Counted from the first letter of the stretch, positions 53,046 to 61,885 are shown. The stretch: 64,000 bases of DNA from Candidatus Coproplasma avicola (GCA_018712135.1 DVHK01000093.1:8834-72833), one strand, 5' to 3'. Notes: generated by a model from the sequence alone, not told the origin. Translations and numbers: made by a program.

Positions 53046-53573
53046 TCACTTATTATCTTTAATAAATTTTTTGAGTTCAGAGAACATATAGTCCTCCCCG
53101 CGCTCGGAAAGCATGGTCAGAAAATATTTAAGATCGGCGCAGGTCTGTTCGTTCATGCCACTCTTGTGTGTGCGGTTATTAAAGTATTCGAGCGGCTTGG
53201 AATCGTTATAGTCTTTGCCCATGTATATTTTGCTGGCGGCGATGCGGTCGCAGACCATTTCGCCAAAATACTTTGCAGGCATCTTTACGAACACGAAATT
53301 ATTGTTCGCGCCCGAGTCTACCCAATATTCAAAGTGATGCTTATTTCTGCCCTTATGATGCAGCCATGCCGCCGAGTAGCCGAAAAGCTCCCTCTCCTTT
53401 GCCTGCGGACTGCGGTTGCCTTGAAAATATTTTACGCCGGGGATAAATTCCGAAGGAGTATATTTTGAAAGGTCGTGCAAAAGCCCTTGTTTATACAGCC
53501 CGACCTTAAAACACAGGCGCATGACCTTGTGCCTGTGCCTCGTTATTGTAATGAAATGTTTTATAAGTTTCAT
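53046..53573 (-). CDS. Conserved hypothetical protein (DUF5662-like by recollection; HDxxK and HHKGRNKHH motifs)
   Basis: 175 aa. MKLIKHFITITRHRHKVMRLCFKVGLYKQGLLHDLSKYTPSEF...AWLHHKGRNKHHFEYW. 4-nt overlap with the upstream MBL gene. Confidence 0.55.
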   Translation of the reverse strand: MKLIKHFITITRHRHKVMRLCFKVGLYKQGLLHDLSKYTPSEFIPGVKYFQGNRSPQAKERELFGYSAAWLHHKGRNKHHFEYWVDSGANNNFVFVKMPAKYFGEMVCDRIAASKIYMGKDYNDSKPLEYFNNRTHKSGMNEQTCADLKYFLTMLSERGEDYMFSELKKFIKDNK

Positions 53574-54427
53574 ATGTAAATCGTAAACCCGTCATATGCT
53601 GCCGTCATACCCTCACTCTCGGCAAGTTTTTGCATATTTTCACGCGAAGGGTGGCAGTTGTGCGAAAAATGGGTTATTATGTTGCGCGTATCAGCATCAA
53701 TTATTCCCGCTTGCATAAGCTTATCCCTGACGATGACTACATCGGGCATGCCCATGTGACGCGCGGACAGATTTCCCGCTCCGCAACCGAAAGTGCAATC
53801 GTAAGCCACTGCACCCGCTTTTGCCCCGTTTGCGGCGAGGTATTCTATCGCCCCGTCGCCGAGGTTGCCCGTGTCGTGCAGATGAAGATAGCCTTTGCCG
53901 CCCTTTTCAACGTAGTACAACAGTGCATCTTCGGTTTTGGTGTGCTCGGCGGGGACGGCGATGACTTTATAACCGCCCGCATTGAACGTACTGAACGGCA
54001 AAACTTCTGTATAGCGGATATGCGGGGAAACTTCGGGCTTCATCTCGCGCGCGGTGCACTCGCCAAAAACTTTTTTCACTTCGGCATTGCCGTAGATGTC
54101 GAGCACGTCCATTTCGAGCTGCGCATACTTATAGCCGCGCAGAATAAAATCGTGCGCGTAAAAATGATCCATGTGCGAATGAGTGACGAGAAGCGTATTT
54201 ACCGCGGAGAGATCGACGCCAAACGCAAAAGAATGATAATAGGCTTCGGGCGGGAAGTCTATCAGGAGACCGTCGTCTATCATGACCTGCGAGCGCGTGC
54301 GCACTTCGCTCATGCCCGATTTGCGAACCATATTACAGAAAATACAGTTGCAGAACATTGCGGGCACGCCTTCCGCCGCGCCCGTGCCGAGAAAGGTAAT
54401 TTTCATATACATATTGCCGCAACACAC
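53570..54427 (-). CDS. MBL-fold metallo-hydrolase
   Basis: MKITFLGTGAA... and the HxHxDH motif (VTHSHMDHF). Start is uncertain: GTG 54427, ATG 54412 or ATG 54406. Confidence 0.8.
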   Translation of the reverse strand: MCCGNMYMKITFLGTGAAEGVPAMFCNCIFCNMVRKSGMSEVRTRSQVMIDDGLLIDFPPEAYYHSFAFGVDLSAVNTLLVTHSHMDHFYAHDFILRGYKYAQLEMDVLDIYGNAEVKKVFGECTAREMKPEVSPHIRYTEVLPFSTFNAGGYKVIAVPAEHTKTEDALLYYVEKGGKGYLHLHDTGNLGDGAIEYLAANGAKAGAVAYDCTFGCGAGNLSARHMGMPDVVIVRDKLMQAGIIDADTRNIITHFSHNCHPSRENMQKLAESEGMTAAYDGFTIYI

Positions 54428-54498
54428 GCTTCAACGCGGCTACTTAGCCGCGAAGGGCGGGATGCTTTTTATACACTAACTTTTTAATACAGTAATAA

Positions 54499-54520
54499 GC
54501 AGGGCGATTGCTCGCCCTGC
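54499..54520 (-). terminator. Rho-independent terminator after dtd
   Basis: 9-bp GC-rich stem GCAGGGCGA/TCGCCCTGC with a 4-nt loop, 4 nt after the dtd stop. A T-rich tract follows on the minus strand. Confidence 0.7.
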
Positions 54521-54523
54521 GTT

Positions 54524-54961
54524 TTAAATTTCATAAATTATTGTCACGGGACCGTCGTTGTATTGCTCGATCTTCATATCAGCGCCGAACACGCCCTTCT
54601 TTACCGATATGCCGAGAACAGAAAGCTCCTCAGCCGTCTTTTCGTAGAGAAAATCCGCGCGCTCGGGGCGCTCTGCAAGAATAAAACTCGGTCGGTTGCC
54701 GTGTGAGCAATCGCCGTAAAGCGTAAACTGCGAGATCAGGAGCACTTCGCCGCCGACATCGCGGACGGACAGGTTCATCTTGCCGTTCGCGTCTTCAAAT
54801 ATGCGCAGGCGCGCAATCTTGCCCGCCATCTGCGCGCAGACATCTTCGCCGTCGCCCGCCTTTATTCCAAGATATACGGCGAGCCCGAACGGAATTTCAG
54901 ATATCAGCTTTCCTTCGACGGAAAGGCTGGTTCGTCCCACGCGCTGGATTACGGCTTTCAT
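54524..54961 (-). CDS. dtd: D-aminoacyl-tRNA deacylase
   Basis: 145 aa. Starts MKAVIQRV, has SQFTLYGD and the NDGPVT C-terminal motif. Confidence 0.95.
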   Translation of the reverse strand: MKAVIQRVGRTSLSVEGKLISEIPFGLAVYLGIKAGDGEDVCAQMAGKIARLRIFEDANGKMNLSVRDVGGEVLLISQFTLYGDCSHGNRPSFILAERPERADFLYEKTAEELSVLGISVKKGVFGADMKIEQYNDGPVTIIYEI

Positions 54962-54965
54962 TAAA

Positions 54966-55541
54966 TTACTTGCCTACCCTCGACATATACTCGCCGCTGC
55001 GGGTGTCAATGCGGATAATTTCGCCCTCTTCGATGAACATGGGAACCTGGATGGTTGCGCCTGTTTCGACGGTAGCGTTCTTCATGGCGTTTGTTGCCGT
55101 GTTGCCCTTGACGCCGGGTTCGCACTCGATTATTTTGAGTTCAACAAAGTTTTCGGGCTCGACGGAGAACGCATTGCCATAGAGGAATTTAATGGTGACC
55201 ATGTCGTTTTCCTTGATGTATTTGAGCGCGTCCTCAACCTGGTCAAAATTGAGGGGAGTCATTTCAAATGTATCGGGATCCATGAAATAGTAGAATTCAC
55301 CGTCGTTGTACGAATAAGTCATCTTTCTCGTTTCAACCTGGGCGGTTTCGAGCTTTGCCGTGGGGTTGAAAGTTATATCCGAAAGAACCTGTCCGGTAAC
55401 TACATTTTTAAGCGTTGCGCGGACAAACGCGGCGCCTTTACCGGGCTTGACGTGCTGGAAATCGGTTACCGTGTAAACTCCTTTGTTATTGTATTCAAAG
55501 GTTGTTCCCTTTCTGATGTCGCCTGCTAAAATGGATGCCAT
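54966..55541 (-). CDS. efp: Elongation factor P
   Basis: 191 aa. The [10 protein letters not shown] loop carries the conserved modified Lys. Three-domain EF-P pattern. AGGAGAT SD. Confidence 0.95.
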   Translation of the reverse strand: MASILAGDIRKGTTFEYNNKGVYTVTDFQHVKPGKGAAFVRATLKNVVTGQVLSDITFNPTAKLETAQVETRKMTYSYNDGEFYYFMDPDTFEMTPLNFDQVEDALKYIKENDMVTIKFLYGNAFSVEPENFVELKIIECEPGVKGNTATNAMKNATVETGATIQVPMFIEEGEIIRIDTRSGEYMSRVGK

Positions 55542-55567
55542 ATACTTATCTCCTAAAAAAATATTTT

Positions 55568-55606
55568 ACAAAAATTGTTGCGCTGGCACCGCGCAGCAAT
55601 TTTTGT
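55568..55606 (-). terminator. Rho-independent terminator-like hairpin in the M24-efp spacer
   Basis: 16-bp stem ACAAAAATTGCTGCGC/GCGCAACAATTTTTGT (one G-U pair), followed on the minus strand by AAAATATTTTTTT. Lies only 27 nt upstream of the efp ATG. Confidence 0.65.
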
Positions 55607-55747
55607 AATTGGAGGAGCCCTGCTCCTCTTTGCGCGATGCCTAAGAGCACTTGTATATTTTAATCGCGCAAATTCACCTCAGATGCTACGGGGAAAACAA
55701 TAAACTTAAAACGTGAATATTGTTGAAGCTGCGCTTATGCTTTTTAA

Positions 55748-56797
55748 TTACAAAATTGTGAGTGACTTGTCGCTGTCCGTAAGGCTCACGACCTTTGAGT
55801 TTACAAGCGTTACGGTGTCTTCTATTCTTATGCCGAACTTACCCTCGAAATATACGCCGGGCTCGTCCGAAAATACCATACCGTTTTCAAATATGCTCTC
55901 GCTTTTAGGCGAAAGATTGGGGGCTTCGTGAATGTTTATTCCTATGCCGTGACCGAGCGAATGGGTAAAATATTGGTCGAGTCCGTACTGCTTTAAATAG
56001 TCGCGAGCGATTGCGTCGCCCTGTCTGCCCGTCATGCCCGCCGTAAACTCACTCTTTACAAGCATGTGCGCGGCGAGGACGCGTTCGTAAGCCTGTTTGA
56101 ATTCACCGTGCTTTCCGTCGTCGCCAAACAGGAAAGTGCGCGTGCAGTCGGAACAATACCCCCCTACTTTACAGCCGAAATCTATAAGAACGATATCGCC
56201 GAATTTAAGCTTCGTTTGGTCGGTTTCGTGATGGGGCACGCTTGCATTGGCGCCGAAGGCGCATATAGTTGAAAAGCTGGTGCCCGATGCGCCGTTTTTG
56301 CGCATTAGGTATTCAAGCAGCGCCGCAACCTCGTTTTCGGTCATGCCCTCCTTTATTTCAGGAAGAAGCGCGGTGAACGCGTTGTCTGCCGCAACGCAGG
56401 CGAGCTTGATTTTGTTCAGTTCTTCGGGCGATTTAACCGACATCGCCCTTTCGAATACGGGCGTGCTGTCGACAATTTCAAAGCCGTTTTCTTTAAACGC
56501 GATGTAGTCAGAGGCATAGCTCTTAGAGAGCGAAATGCCGAGCGATTTATATCCTTTCAAAAGGGACGAAAGGCTTTCTCCCTTCGGATATTCGAGAACC
56601 TCAATACCTGCCGTCTTAGCCCTGGCGGCTTCGAGATAGCGGCTGTCGGTATAAAACTTAGTGCTTTCGTCATCTACAACGACTACGCCGAAAGAACTTT
56701 CAAAACCCGTGAGATAAAACCTGTAATCGGGCTGGGTCACGACGAGCGCGTCTGCACCCGTCTGAGTATAAATTTTTTGTGCCTTTAAATTACTCAT
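55748..56797 (-). CDS. M24 family Xaa-Pro aminopeptidase/dipeptidase
   Basis: Creatinase-like N-domain plus pita-bread fold, with metal ligands in HSLGHGIGINIHE and the FSDEPG/IRIEDTV motifs. The ATG at 56797 is preferred because of the promoter in the next feature. Aminopeptidase-efp adjacency occurs as in Bacillus yqhT-efp. Confidence 0.9.
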   Translation of the reverse strand: MSNLKAQKIYTQTGADALVVTQPDYRFYLTGFESSFGVVVVDDESTKFYTDSRYLEAARAKTAGIEVLEYPKGESLSSLLKGYKSLGISLSKSYASDYIAFKENGFEIVDSTPVFERAMSVKSPEELNKIKLACVAADNAFTALLPEIKEGMTENEVAALLEYLMRKNGASGTSFSTICAFGANASVPHHETDQTKLKFGDIVLIDFGCKVGGYCSDCTRTFLFGDDGKHGEFKQAYERVLAAHMLVKSEFTAGMTGRQGDAIARDYLKQYGLDQYFTHSLGHGIGINIHEAPNLSPKSESIFENGMVFSDEPGVYFEGKFGIRIEDTVTLVNSKVVSLTDSDKSLTIL

Positions 56798-56805
56798 TTT
56801 TATAT

Positions 56806-56834
56806 ATTTTACCAAAAATATATTTATATGTCAA
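56806..56834 (-). promoter_or_regulatory. Sigma-A promoter TTGACA-17-TAAAAT, predicts a leaderless M24 peptidase mRNA
   Basis: Minus strand: -35 TTGACA (56829-56834), 17-nt spacer, -10 TAAAAT (56806-56811), then 8 nt before the ATG at 56797. No SD. Confidence 0.55.
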
Positions 56835-56874
56835 CACTATTCGCCGAGGCATATAACGCGCCAAACACAATTGA

Positions 56875-57720
56875 TCATAGCGAATAATATATGCGCTTCA
56901 TCTCCCTTGCATCCTCCGCCTGCGTTCCGTCAGATTCGCTGACTATATAAGGCTGCAAGCCGAGATCTTTGAGCGCGATTGCGAGCGGCTCGAATTCAGG
57001 GCCGTAAACATCATCGGCAAATGTGAGATGCTTGATTTCGCCCTTTCCGCCGTACATTATCTTTGAAAAATGCACGTGGAAATTTTTTACCCTGTCGTAA
57101 CCGAGTTCGCCTATCATATATTCAAGGCGGTTTCTGTAATCGTAAGTTGTCTTTAAACTGCCCTGCTCGCGCGCATTGATATGTCCGAAATCTATTGCAG
57201 GAGTATATATTTTATCTATTTTACAGAACCCGACAACCTCTTCCAGCGTGCCGATCTGGGCGAGCTTGCCCATCGTTTCGGGGCAATACATTATGTCGTC
57301 AAGCCCGCTTTCGTAAATCATGTCGCGCAAAACTTTAAGGCGATCGGCAGTTTTTTCAACGGCCGCCTCGCGCGAGACTTTGCCCTGTGCGGCGGGGTGA
57401 AAAACGAGACGGTTACCGCCAAATAATTTTAAATACTTTGCGCTGTTCAAAACATAGCCATAAGACTTTTGCGCGGCTTCGTCGTCGGGGTTAGCAAAGT
57501 TAATAAAATAGGGCGCATGAACGCTTATTTCCTTGTCGGCGGCGGCGAAAGCGGCGCCAATTTTTATGGCTTTATCGCCCGACAGGGTGATGCCCCTGCC
57601 GAACGAATATTCAAAGCAGTCGAGCCCGAATTTTTCGAGATATTCGGGCGCCTGCTCGGTATGTTTATAGCCCATTGCGTAGAAGCTTGCGCTGTTTCCG
57701 CTCGGTCCGAATTTAATCAT
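56875..57720 (-). CDS. Xylose-isomerase-like TIM barrel protein, endonuclease IV (AP endonuclease family 2)-like
   Basis: From the ATG at 57720: MIKFGPSGNS...ISVHAPYFINFANPD...RLVFHPA...AIDFGHINA...VHFSKI. The His/Asp/Glu spacing is typical of Nfo-like TIM barrels. The ATG overlaps the ribF stop by 8 nt. The ORF-track N-terminal extension (to 57885) runs out of frame through the ribF tail. Confidence 0.7.
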   Translation of the reverse strand: MIKFGPSGNSASFYAMGYKHTEQAPEYLEKFGLDCFEYSFGRGITLSGDKAIKIGAAFAAADKEISVHAPYFINFANPDDEAAQKSYGYVLNSAKYLKLFGGNRLVFHPAAQGKVSREAAVEKTADRLKVLRDMIYESGLDDIMYCPETMGKLAQIGTLEEVVGFCKIDKIYTPAIDFGHINAREQGSLKTTYDYRNRLEYMIGELGYDRVKNFHVHFSKIMYGGKGEIKHLTFADDVYGPEFEPLAIALKDLGLQPYIVSESDGTQAEDAREMKRIYYSL

Positions 57721-59698
57721 TGTCACTGCCGTTTGTATTGTCCTCTTCCTCTGCGGCTTGCTCTTCGCCGGCCTCCACGGACTGCTCTGTTTGCTCTTCG
57801 TCAGCTTGCCCTTCGGGAACATCTTCCGCAGATTCATCTTCCGCTTCGTCGGTCGTCTCCACAGATTGTTGTTCTTCTTCGACAATTTCCTCGGCGGGAA
57901 CTTCTTCGGTTATCTCTTCAACAACTTCTTCCGCGGGGACTTCCTCGGTTGCCTCCTCAACGATTTCTTCCGCGGGGATTTCCTCGGTTACCTCCTCAAC
58001 GACTTCCTCGGCGGGAACTTCTTCCGTTGTCTCCTCGACAACTTCCTCCGCGGGAACTTCTTCCGTTGTCTCCTCGACGACTTCCTCGGCGGGAACTTCC
58101 TCGGTTGTCTCTTTGACAACTTCTTCCGCGGGAATTTCTTCCGTCGTCTCTTCGACGACTTCCTCCGCAGGAACTTCTTCCGTTGTCTCTTTGACAACTT
58201 CCTCCGCAGGAATTTCTTCCATCGTCTCTTCGACGACTTCTTCGGTTATTTCCTCGGCGGGAACTTCCTCGGTTATCTCTTCGACTGCTTCCTCAGCGGG
58301 AACTTCTTCGGTTGTCTCTTCGACAACTTCTTCTGCGGGAATTTCCTCCGTCGTGTCTTCGACGACTTCCTCGGCGGGAACTTCCTCGATTATCTCTTCG
58401 ACTGCTTCTTCCGCGGGGATTTCCTCCGTCGTCTCTTCGACAAGTTCTTCCGCGGGAGTTTCTTCCGTCGTCTCCTCGACGATTTCCTCCGCAGGGATTT
58501 CCTCGGTTGTCTCTTCAACGACTTCCTCTGCAAGGGGTTCTTCTTTTACTTCCTCTGAAACGACTTCTGCGGGGATTTCTTCGGAAATTTCGACATCCGA
58601 AACTTCGGTTTCTTCGGCAGGCTGTGCGATAGCCGCTTCTACTTCTGCGGGCTCGCTGACAGTCTGTACCTCGGACTGCTGCACGGGAGCGCCCTCGAAT
58701 ACCTCTGCGGGAGGAGTGCACTCCTCTTCGAGCTGCGCTGTTGCAATCTCTTCGATTGCGGGCTGGCTCTCCTCCAAAGGATAAAGGGCGTTGAACTGCT
58801 CGTCCGTAAGGCTGAGAGCCGCCTTATCCTGTTCGAGTTGAGCGGCAAGCTCGGCAGGATCTGCAAACTTGCGTATCGAACGCATGTATCCTACAAAGCT
58901 TACTTTAACATTTTTACCGTAAAGGTCGCCATCAAAATCCTTTATATACACTTCAAGGAGTTCTTTATCGTCGTCAAAAGTGGGGCGACCGCCAAAATTA
59001 GCGATGCCGGAATAAACCTGATCTTCTGCCGCAACCTGAACTTTATATACTCCGTGCTTTACGGGATATTTCCAATCGGGATATGTAATATTTATGGTAG
59101 GAAAGCCAAGTATATCGGCGCCCCTGTGAGCACCCTCAACGACCTGCCCTTCGACGTAAAATTTTTCTCCGAGCATCGCCGCTGCCTTTGCAACGTTACC
59201 CTCGGTAAGACAGGATTTGATGAGAGTAGTAGAAATTTTCTCGCCCTCGTAGGTGACATCCTTGACAGGCATGTACCATACGCCGTTGTCTTCATCTTCG
59301 GCGTAATTTTTAAGGGTGGAAGATTTGCCCTTTGCTCCCTTACCGAAACGGAAATCTTTTCCGCTCATATACGCTTTTACGTTGACCTTATCCTCTATTG
59401 CATGAAGAAAGTCTATGGGGGAAATCTGTTTGAACTCGTGCGTATAATCAATGACAAGCACAAATTTTACGTTATAGCTTGAAAGCATTGCAACGCGCTC
59501 TTCAAATGAATAAACTTGTTTTCCGCCCTTGCCGTCCCTGAACATCATGACGCCGAGGTCGAGACCGTTGATTTTAGCCTGCAATTTAGCCTTTTTAAAG
59601 AGTTCCCTGTGTCCCGCATGAATGGCGTCGAAACAGCCGAGCACAACGAGAGAGGGAAATGCATATTCGTCTTTTCCGTATTCTATGATTTCTAACAT
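57713..59698 (-). CDS. ribF: Bifunctional riboflavin kinase/FMN adenylyltransferase with a ~350-aa polyacidic repeat tail
   Basis: The N-terminal ~310 aa carry VLGCFDAIHAGHRELF (nucleotidyltransferase) and the GFPTIN...GIANFGGRPTF riboflavin-kinase motifs. The remainder consists of degenerate 13-aa acidic units of the form EEVVEETTEEVPA. Confidence 0.9.
   Translation of the reverse strand: MLEIIEYGKDEYAFPSLVVLGCFDAIHAGHRELFKKAKLQAKINGLDLGVMMFRDGKGGKQVYSFEERVAMLSSYNVKFVLVIDYTHEFKQISPIDFLHAIEDKVNVKAYMSGKDFRFGKGAKGKSSTLKNYAEDEDNGVWYMPVKDVTYEGEKISTTLIKSCLTEGNVAKAAAMLGEKFYVEGQVVEGAHRGADILGFPTINITYPDWKYPVKHGVYKVQVAAEDQVYSGIANFGGRPTFDDDKELLEVYIKDFDGDLYGKNVKVSFVGYMRSIRKFADPAELAAQLEQDKAALSLTDEQFNALYPLEESQPAIEEIATAQLEEECTPPAEVFEGAPVQQSEVQTVSEPAEVEAAIAQPAEETEVSDVEISEEIPAEVVSEEVKEEPLAEEVVEETTEEIPAEEIVEETTEETPAEELVEETTEEIPAEEAVEEIIEEVPAEEVVEDTTEEIPAEEVVEETTEEVPAEEAVEEITEEVPAEEITEEVVEETMEEIPAEEVVKETTEEVPAEEVVEETTEEIPAEEVVKETTEEVPAEEVVEETTEEVPAEEVVEETTEEVPAEEVVEEVTEEIPAEEIVEEATEEVPAEEVVEEITEEVPAEEIVEEEQQSVETTDEAEDESAEDVPEGQADEEQTEQSVEAGEEQAAEEEDNTNGSDND
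57880..58570 (-). repeat. In-frame 39-nt tandem repeat array (about 17-18 units) encoding EEVVEETTEE[VI]PA
   Basis: On the + strand the unit CTTCCTCGGCGGGAACTTCTTCCGTTGTCTCCTCGACAA recurs head-to-tail with point variants. The period is 39 nt (13 codons). Array boundaries are approximate. Confidence 0.85.
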
Positions 59699-60540
59699 AA
59701 TTTTGTTTTAACCTTTAAACGGCAGTCGTCAGCAACTCCTAAACCGTAAAAATGGCCGTCCTCCAAATATATTTTGTACGTCCCGTCATTTAAAGATGTC
59801 GGGACAGACAATCCGTTGAGAAGTTTTTTTTGTTGGTCGCCCGACAGGTGAACTGCTTCGAATGGAAGAACGCTGTCGGTGGGAATGATGTGCGACAATA
59901 TATTGTCTTTATTGAGCGTGCTACTTTTAACAGCATCTTTAAGCTCGAATACCCCGCTCTTTTCCCTTATAAGCGCGCTCATCGCAGCGTGCGTACCGAG
60001 CAGCCCCGCCATGTCGCGGCAAACGGAGCGCACATATGTACCACCTCCGCACTCGATGCGGAAGTCATATTCATCACACGATCTGCGCGATACGAGCGTT
60101 ATGTCATATATATTGACCTTTTTGGGAGCGAGCTCAAAGTCTACCCCCGCTCGGGCGAGGGCGTATCCCCTTGCCCCGTTTATGTTTTTTGCGCTGTATT
60201 TTGGCGGAACCTGCATGACTTCACCTATCAGCAAAGGCAACGCTTTTAAAATACTTTCCTCCGACGGGATGACATCGTCGTCCGAGAGAAGCTTACCCGT
60301 TGTATCGAGAGTATCGTAGTCCACACCAAATTTAAATGTCGCAAGATAGGTTTTGCGCTTTGTAAGAAAAAAATCGAACAGTCTGCACGCGTTGCCGATA
60401 CCTATCGGCAAAACGCCGCCCGCCATGGGGTCGAGCGTGCCCATGTGTCCGCAGGGTTGGCCCGTCAATCTCTTAATGACTGCGACCTCGCGGGCAGAAC
60501 TTGCGCCGACTTCTTTATCAATATTGATAAATCCCGTCAT
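59692..60540 (-). CDS. truB: tRNA pseudouridine(55) synthase
   Basis: 282 aa. The GHMGTLDPMAGGVLPIGIG catalytic Asp motif and a C-terminal PUA-like region. Confidence 0.95.
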   Translation of the reverse strand: MTGFINIDKEVGASSAREVAVIKRLTGQPCGHMGTLDPMAGGVLPIGIGNACRLFDFFLTKRKTYLATFKFGVDYDTLDTTGKLLSDDDVIPSEESILKALPLLIGEVMQVPPKYSAKNINGARGYALARAGVDFELAPKKVNIYDITLVSRRSCDEYDFRIECGGGTYVRSVCRDMAGLLGTHAAMSALIREKSGVFELKDAVKSSTLNKDNILSHIIPTDSVLPFEAVHLSGDQQKKLLNGLSVPTSLNDGTYKIYLEDGHFYGLGVADDCRLKVKTKLC

Positions 60541-61517
60541 AACTGTTTATAAACGGCATAAGTCAGCCTTTCAATGACCTCTTCATACTCGCCGAAAAGC
60601 ATACAACCGCTGGCAAGGATGTGTCCGCCGCCGCCGAATTCCGCCGCAACGGCATTTACGTTTGCGCGTTTGCTGCGCAGCGAAGTTTTATACTGTCCTT
60701 TTTTAACTTCCATAAGTGCCACAGACACCTCCACTCCGTCAATAGAAAGCGGAAAATCAACAAAACCTTCGGTAGCGCTCTTTTCGGTATCCGTTTCTGC
60801 AAAATCCTTCTGCGTGACTGTGAGAAAAACAAGTCTGTCGTCAAGGCAGAAGCGCATTGAATTAAGCACGCGAACATATAAAAGGGCGCGGCTTTTACTC
60901 TGGCGGGAAAACATTTCGTAGCCGATGCCGGGGAAATCTGCACCCGCTCCGCGAAGTTCTGCCGCAACTTTGAAAGTGTTTTCGGTCACGTCGCGGTGGG
61001 AAAAATTGCCGCTGTCCGTGAGCAGTCCGAGCGCGGCGAGATCGGCAATATCCTTCGTAATTGGCATACCCGCCGCTTTTATGACCTCGGGTATGATTTC
61101 GCACGTAGCCGTGCATTCGCACACGAGGTTTATTTTTGCATACCTGTCGTTTGAAATATGATGATCTATATTGACCGTGTTACCCTTGAACTTTTTATAA
61201 AACGCAGCGAATACGCCCAAGCGGGAAAGATCGGCGCAGTCCACGCTGACGAGCAGATCAAAGCTGACTCCCTGCGGAAGCGAAGTGAGAACGTCTTCCA
61301 TGGCGGGCAGAATTTTAAGCCTGTCAGGCACAGCGTCCTCGCACATCATATAAGCGGCTTTGCCGCTGTTTTTGAGTGCAGTGACGAGCGCCAACCCGCT
61401 GCCGAGGGCGTCGCCGTCGGGACGGACGTGACAGAACACGCCCACAACTTTCGCGTAATTTAGCTGTTTTGCGATTTCTTTGAGTAAATTTTCAGTCATT
61501 ATTTTCTTTGCTTTCAA
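60537..61517 (-). CDS. nrnA: DHH/DHHA1 family phosphoesterase (NrnA-type oligoribonuclease/pAp phosphatase)
   Basis: 326 aa. HVRPDGDALGS, VDCAD and NIDHHISN (DHH) motifs, plus the C-terminal GGGH of DHHA1. Confidence 0.85.
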   Translation of the reverse strand: MKAKKIMTENLLKEIAKQLNYAKVVGVFCHVRPDGDALGSGLALVTALKNSGKAAYMMCEDAVPDRLKILPAMEDVLTSLPQGVSFDLLVSVDCADLSRLGVFAAFYKKFKGNTVNIDHHISNDRYAKINLVCECTATCEIIPEVIKAAGMPITKDIADLAALGLLTDSGNFSHRDVTENTFKVAAELRGAGADFPGIGYEMFSRQSKSRALLYVRVLNSMRFCLDDRLVFLTVTQKDFAETDTEKSATEGFVDFPLSIDGVEVSVALMEVKKGQYKTSLRSKRANVNAVAAEFGGGGHILASGCMLFGEYEEVIERLTYAVYKQL

Positions 61518-61860
61518 GATCTTCGATTATCTTATCTATCTTTGCGCCGTACTCCATGCTTTCATCAAGAATAAACGTAAGCTCGGGCACGGTTCTTAAA
61601 TGCAGAACCTGTGAAAGCTCATGGCGGATAAATCCCGCATTCTGCTTTAATATGTCAAAGCTCGCGTCTTTGCGCGCCTCGTCGGGATCGTATATGCTTA
61701 TATATATTTTAGCAGTCTTTAAATCGGGCGCAACGTCCGCCTGCGTTACGCTTATTATTGCACTGAGCGACGAGTACCTGTTGCGCAATTTACCCGAAAT
61801 TACCTTGTAAATTTCTTCGCGGAACTGGCTTGCAAGCCGCTCTCCTCTCAATCCTTTCAT
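61492..61860 (-). CDS. rbfA: Ribosome-binding factor A
   Basis: 122 aa. RLASQFREEI..., ISVTQADVAPDLKTAKIYIS and LRTVPELTF motifs. Located between infB and nrnA/truB. Confidence 0.9.
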   Translation of the reverse strand: MKGLRGERLASQFREEIYKVISGKLRNRYSSLSAIISVTQADVAPDLKTAKIYISIYDPDEARKDASFDILKQNAGFIRHELSQVLHLRTVPELTFILDESMEYGAKIDKIIEDLESKENND

Positions 61861-61885
61861 TGTATTGCCTTGATTATTATAAACC

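Noticed and set aside
53630-54487. 285-aa + strand ORF, the same length as the minus-strand MBL hydrolase ORF and antisense to it
   Set aside because: The minus-strand frame carries the HxHxDH MBL motif and a sensible N-terminus. The + frame is Arg-rich, low-complexity mirror sequence with no SD or motif. It is a typical antisense shadow ORF.
57721-57885. 55-aa basic N-terminal extension of the nfo-like ORF
   Set aside because: It is an out-of-frame reading of the ribF acidic tail. The TIM-barrel protein starts naturally at MIKFGPSG (57720), where the ATG overlaps the ribF stop.
57880-58570. Regularly spaced 39-nt repeats that might suggest a CRISPR array
   Set aside because: The units are contiguous with no spacers, in frame inside a CDS, and degenerate. 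No cas genes or leader are present.
57720-58784. Long + strand ORFs (354 aa Ser-rich SSAGTSSVVSSTT repeats, plus 266-aa and 215-aa frames) across the ribF tail
   Set aside because: These are the reverse-complement readings of the GAA/GAG-rich 39-nt repeat. They stay open only because the repeat lacks stop codons in every frame. The RibF frame is continuous with a bona fide enzyme domain.
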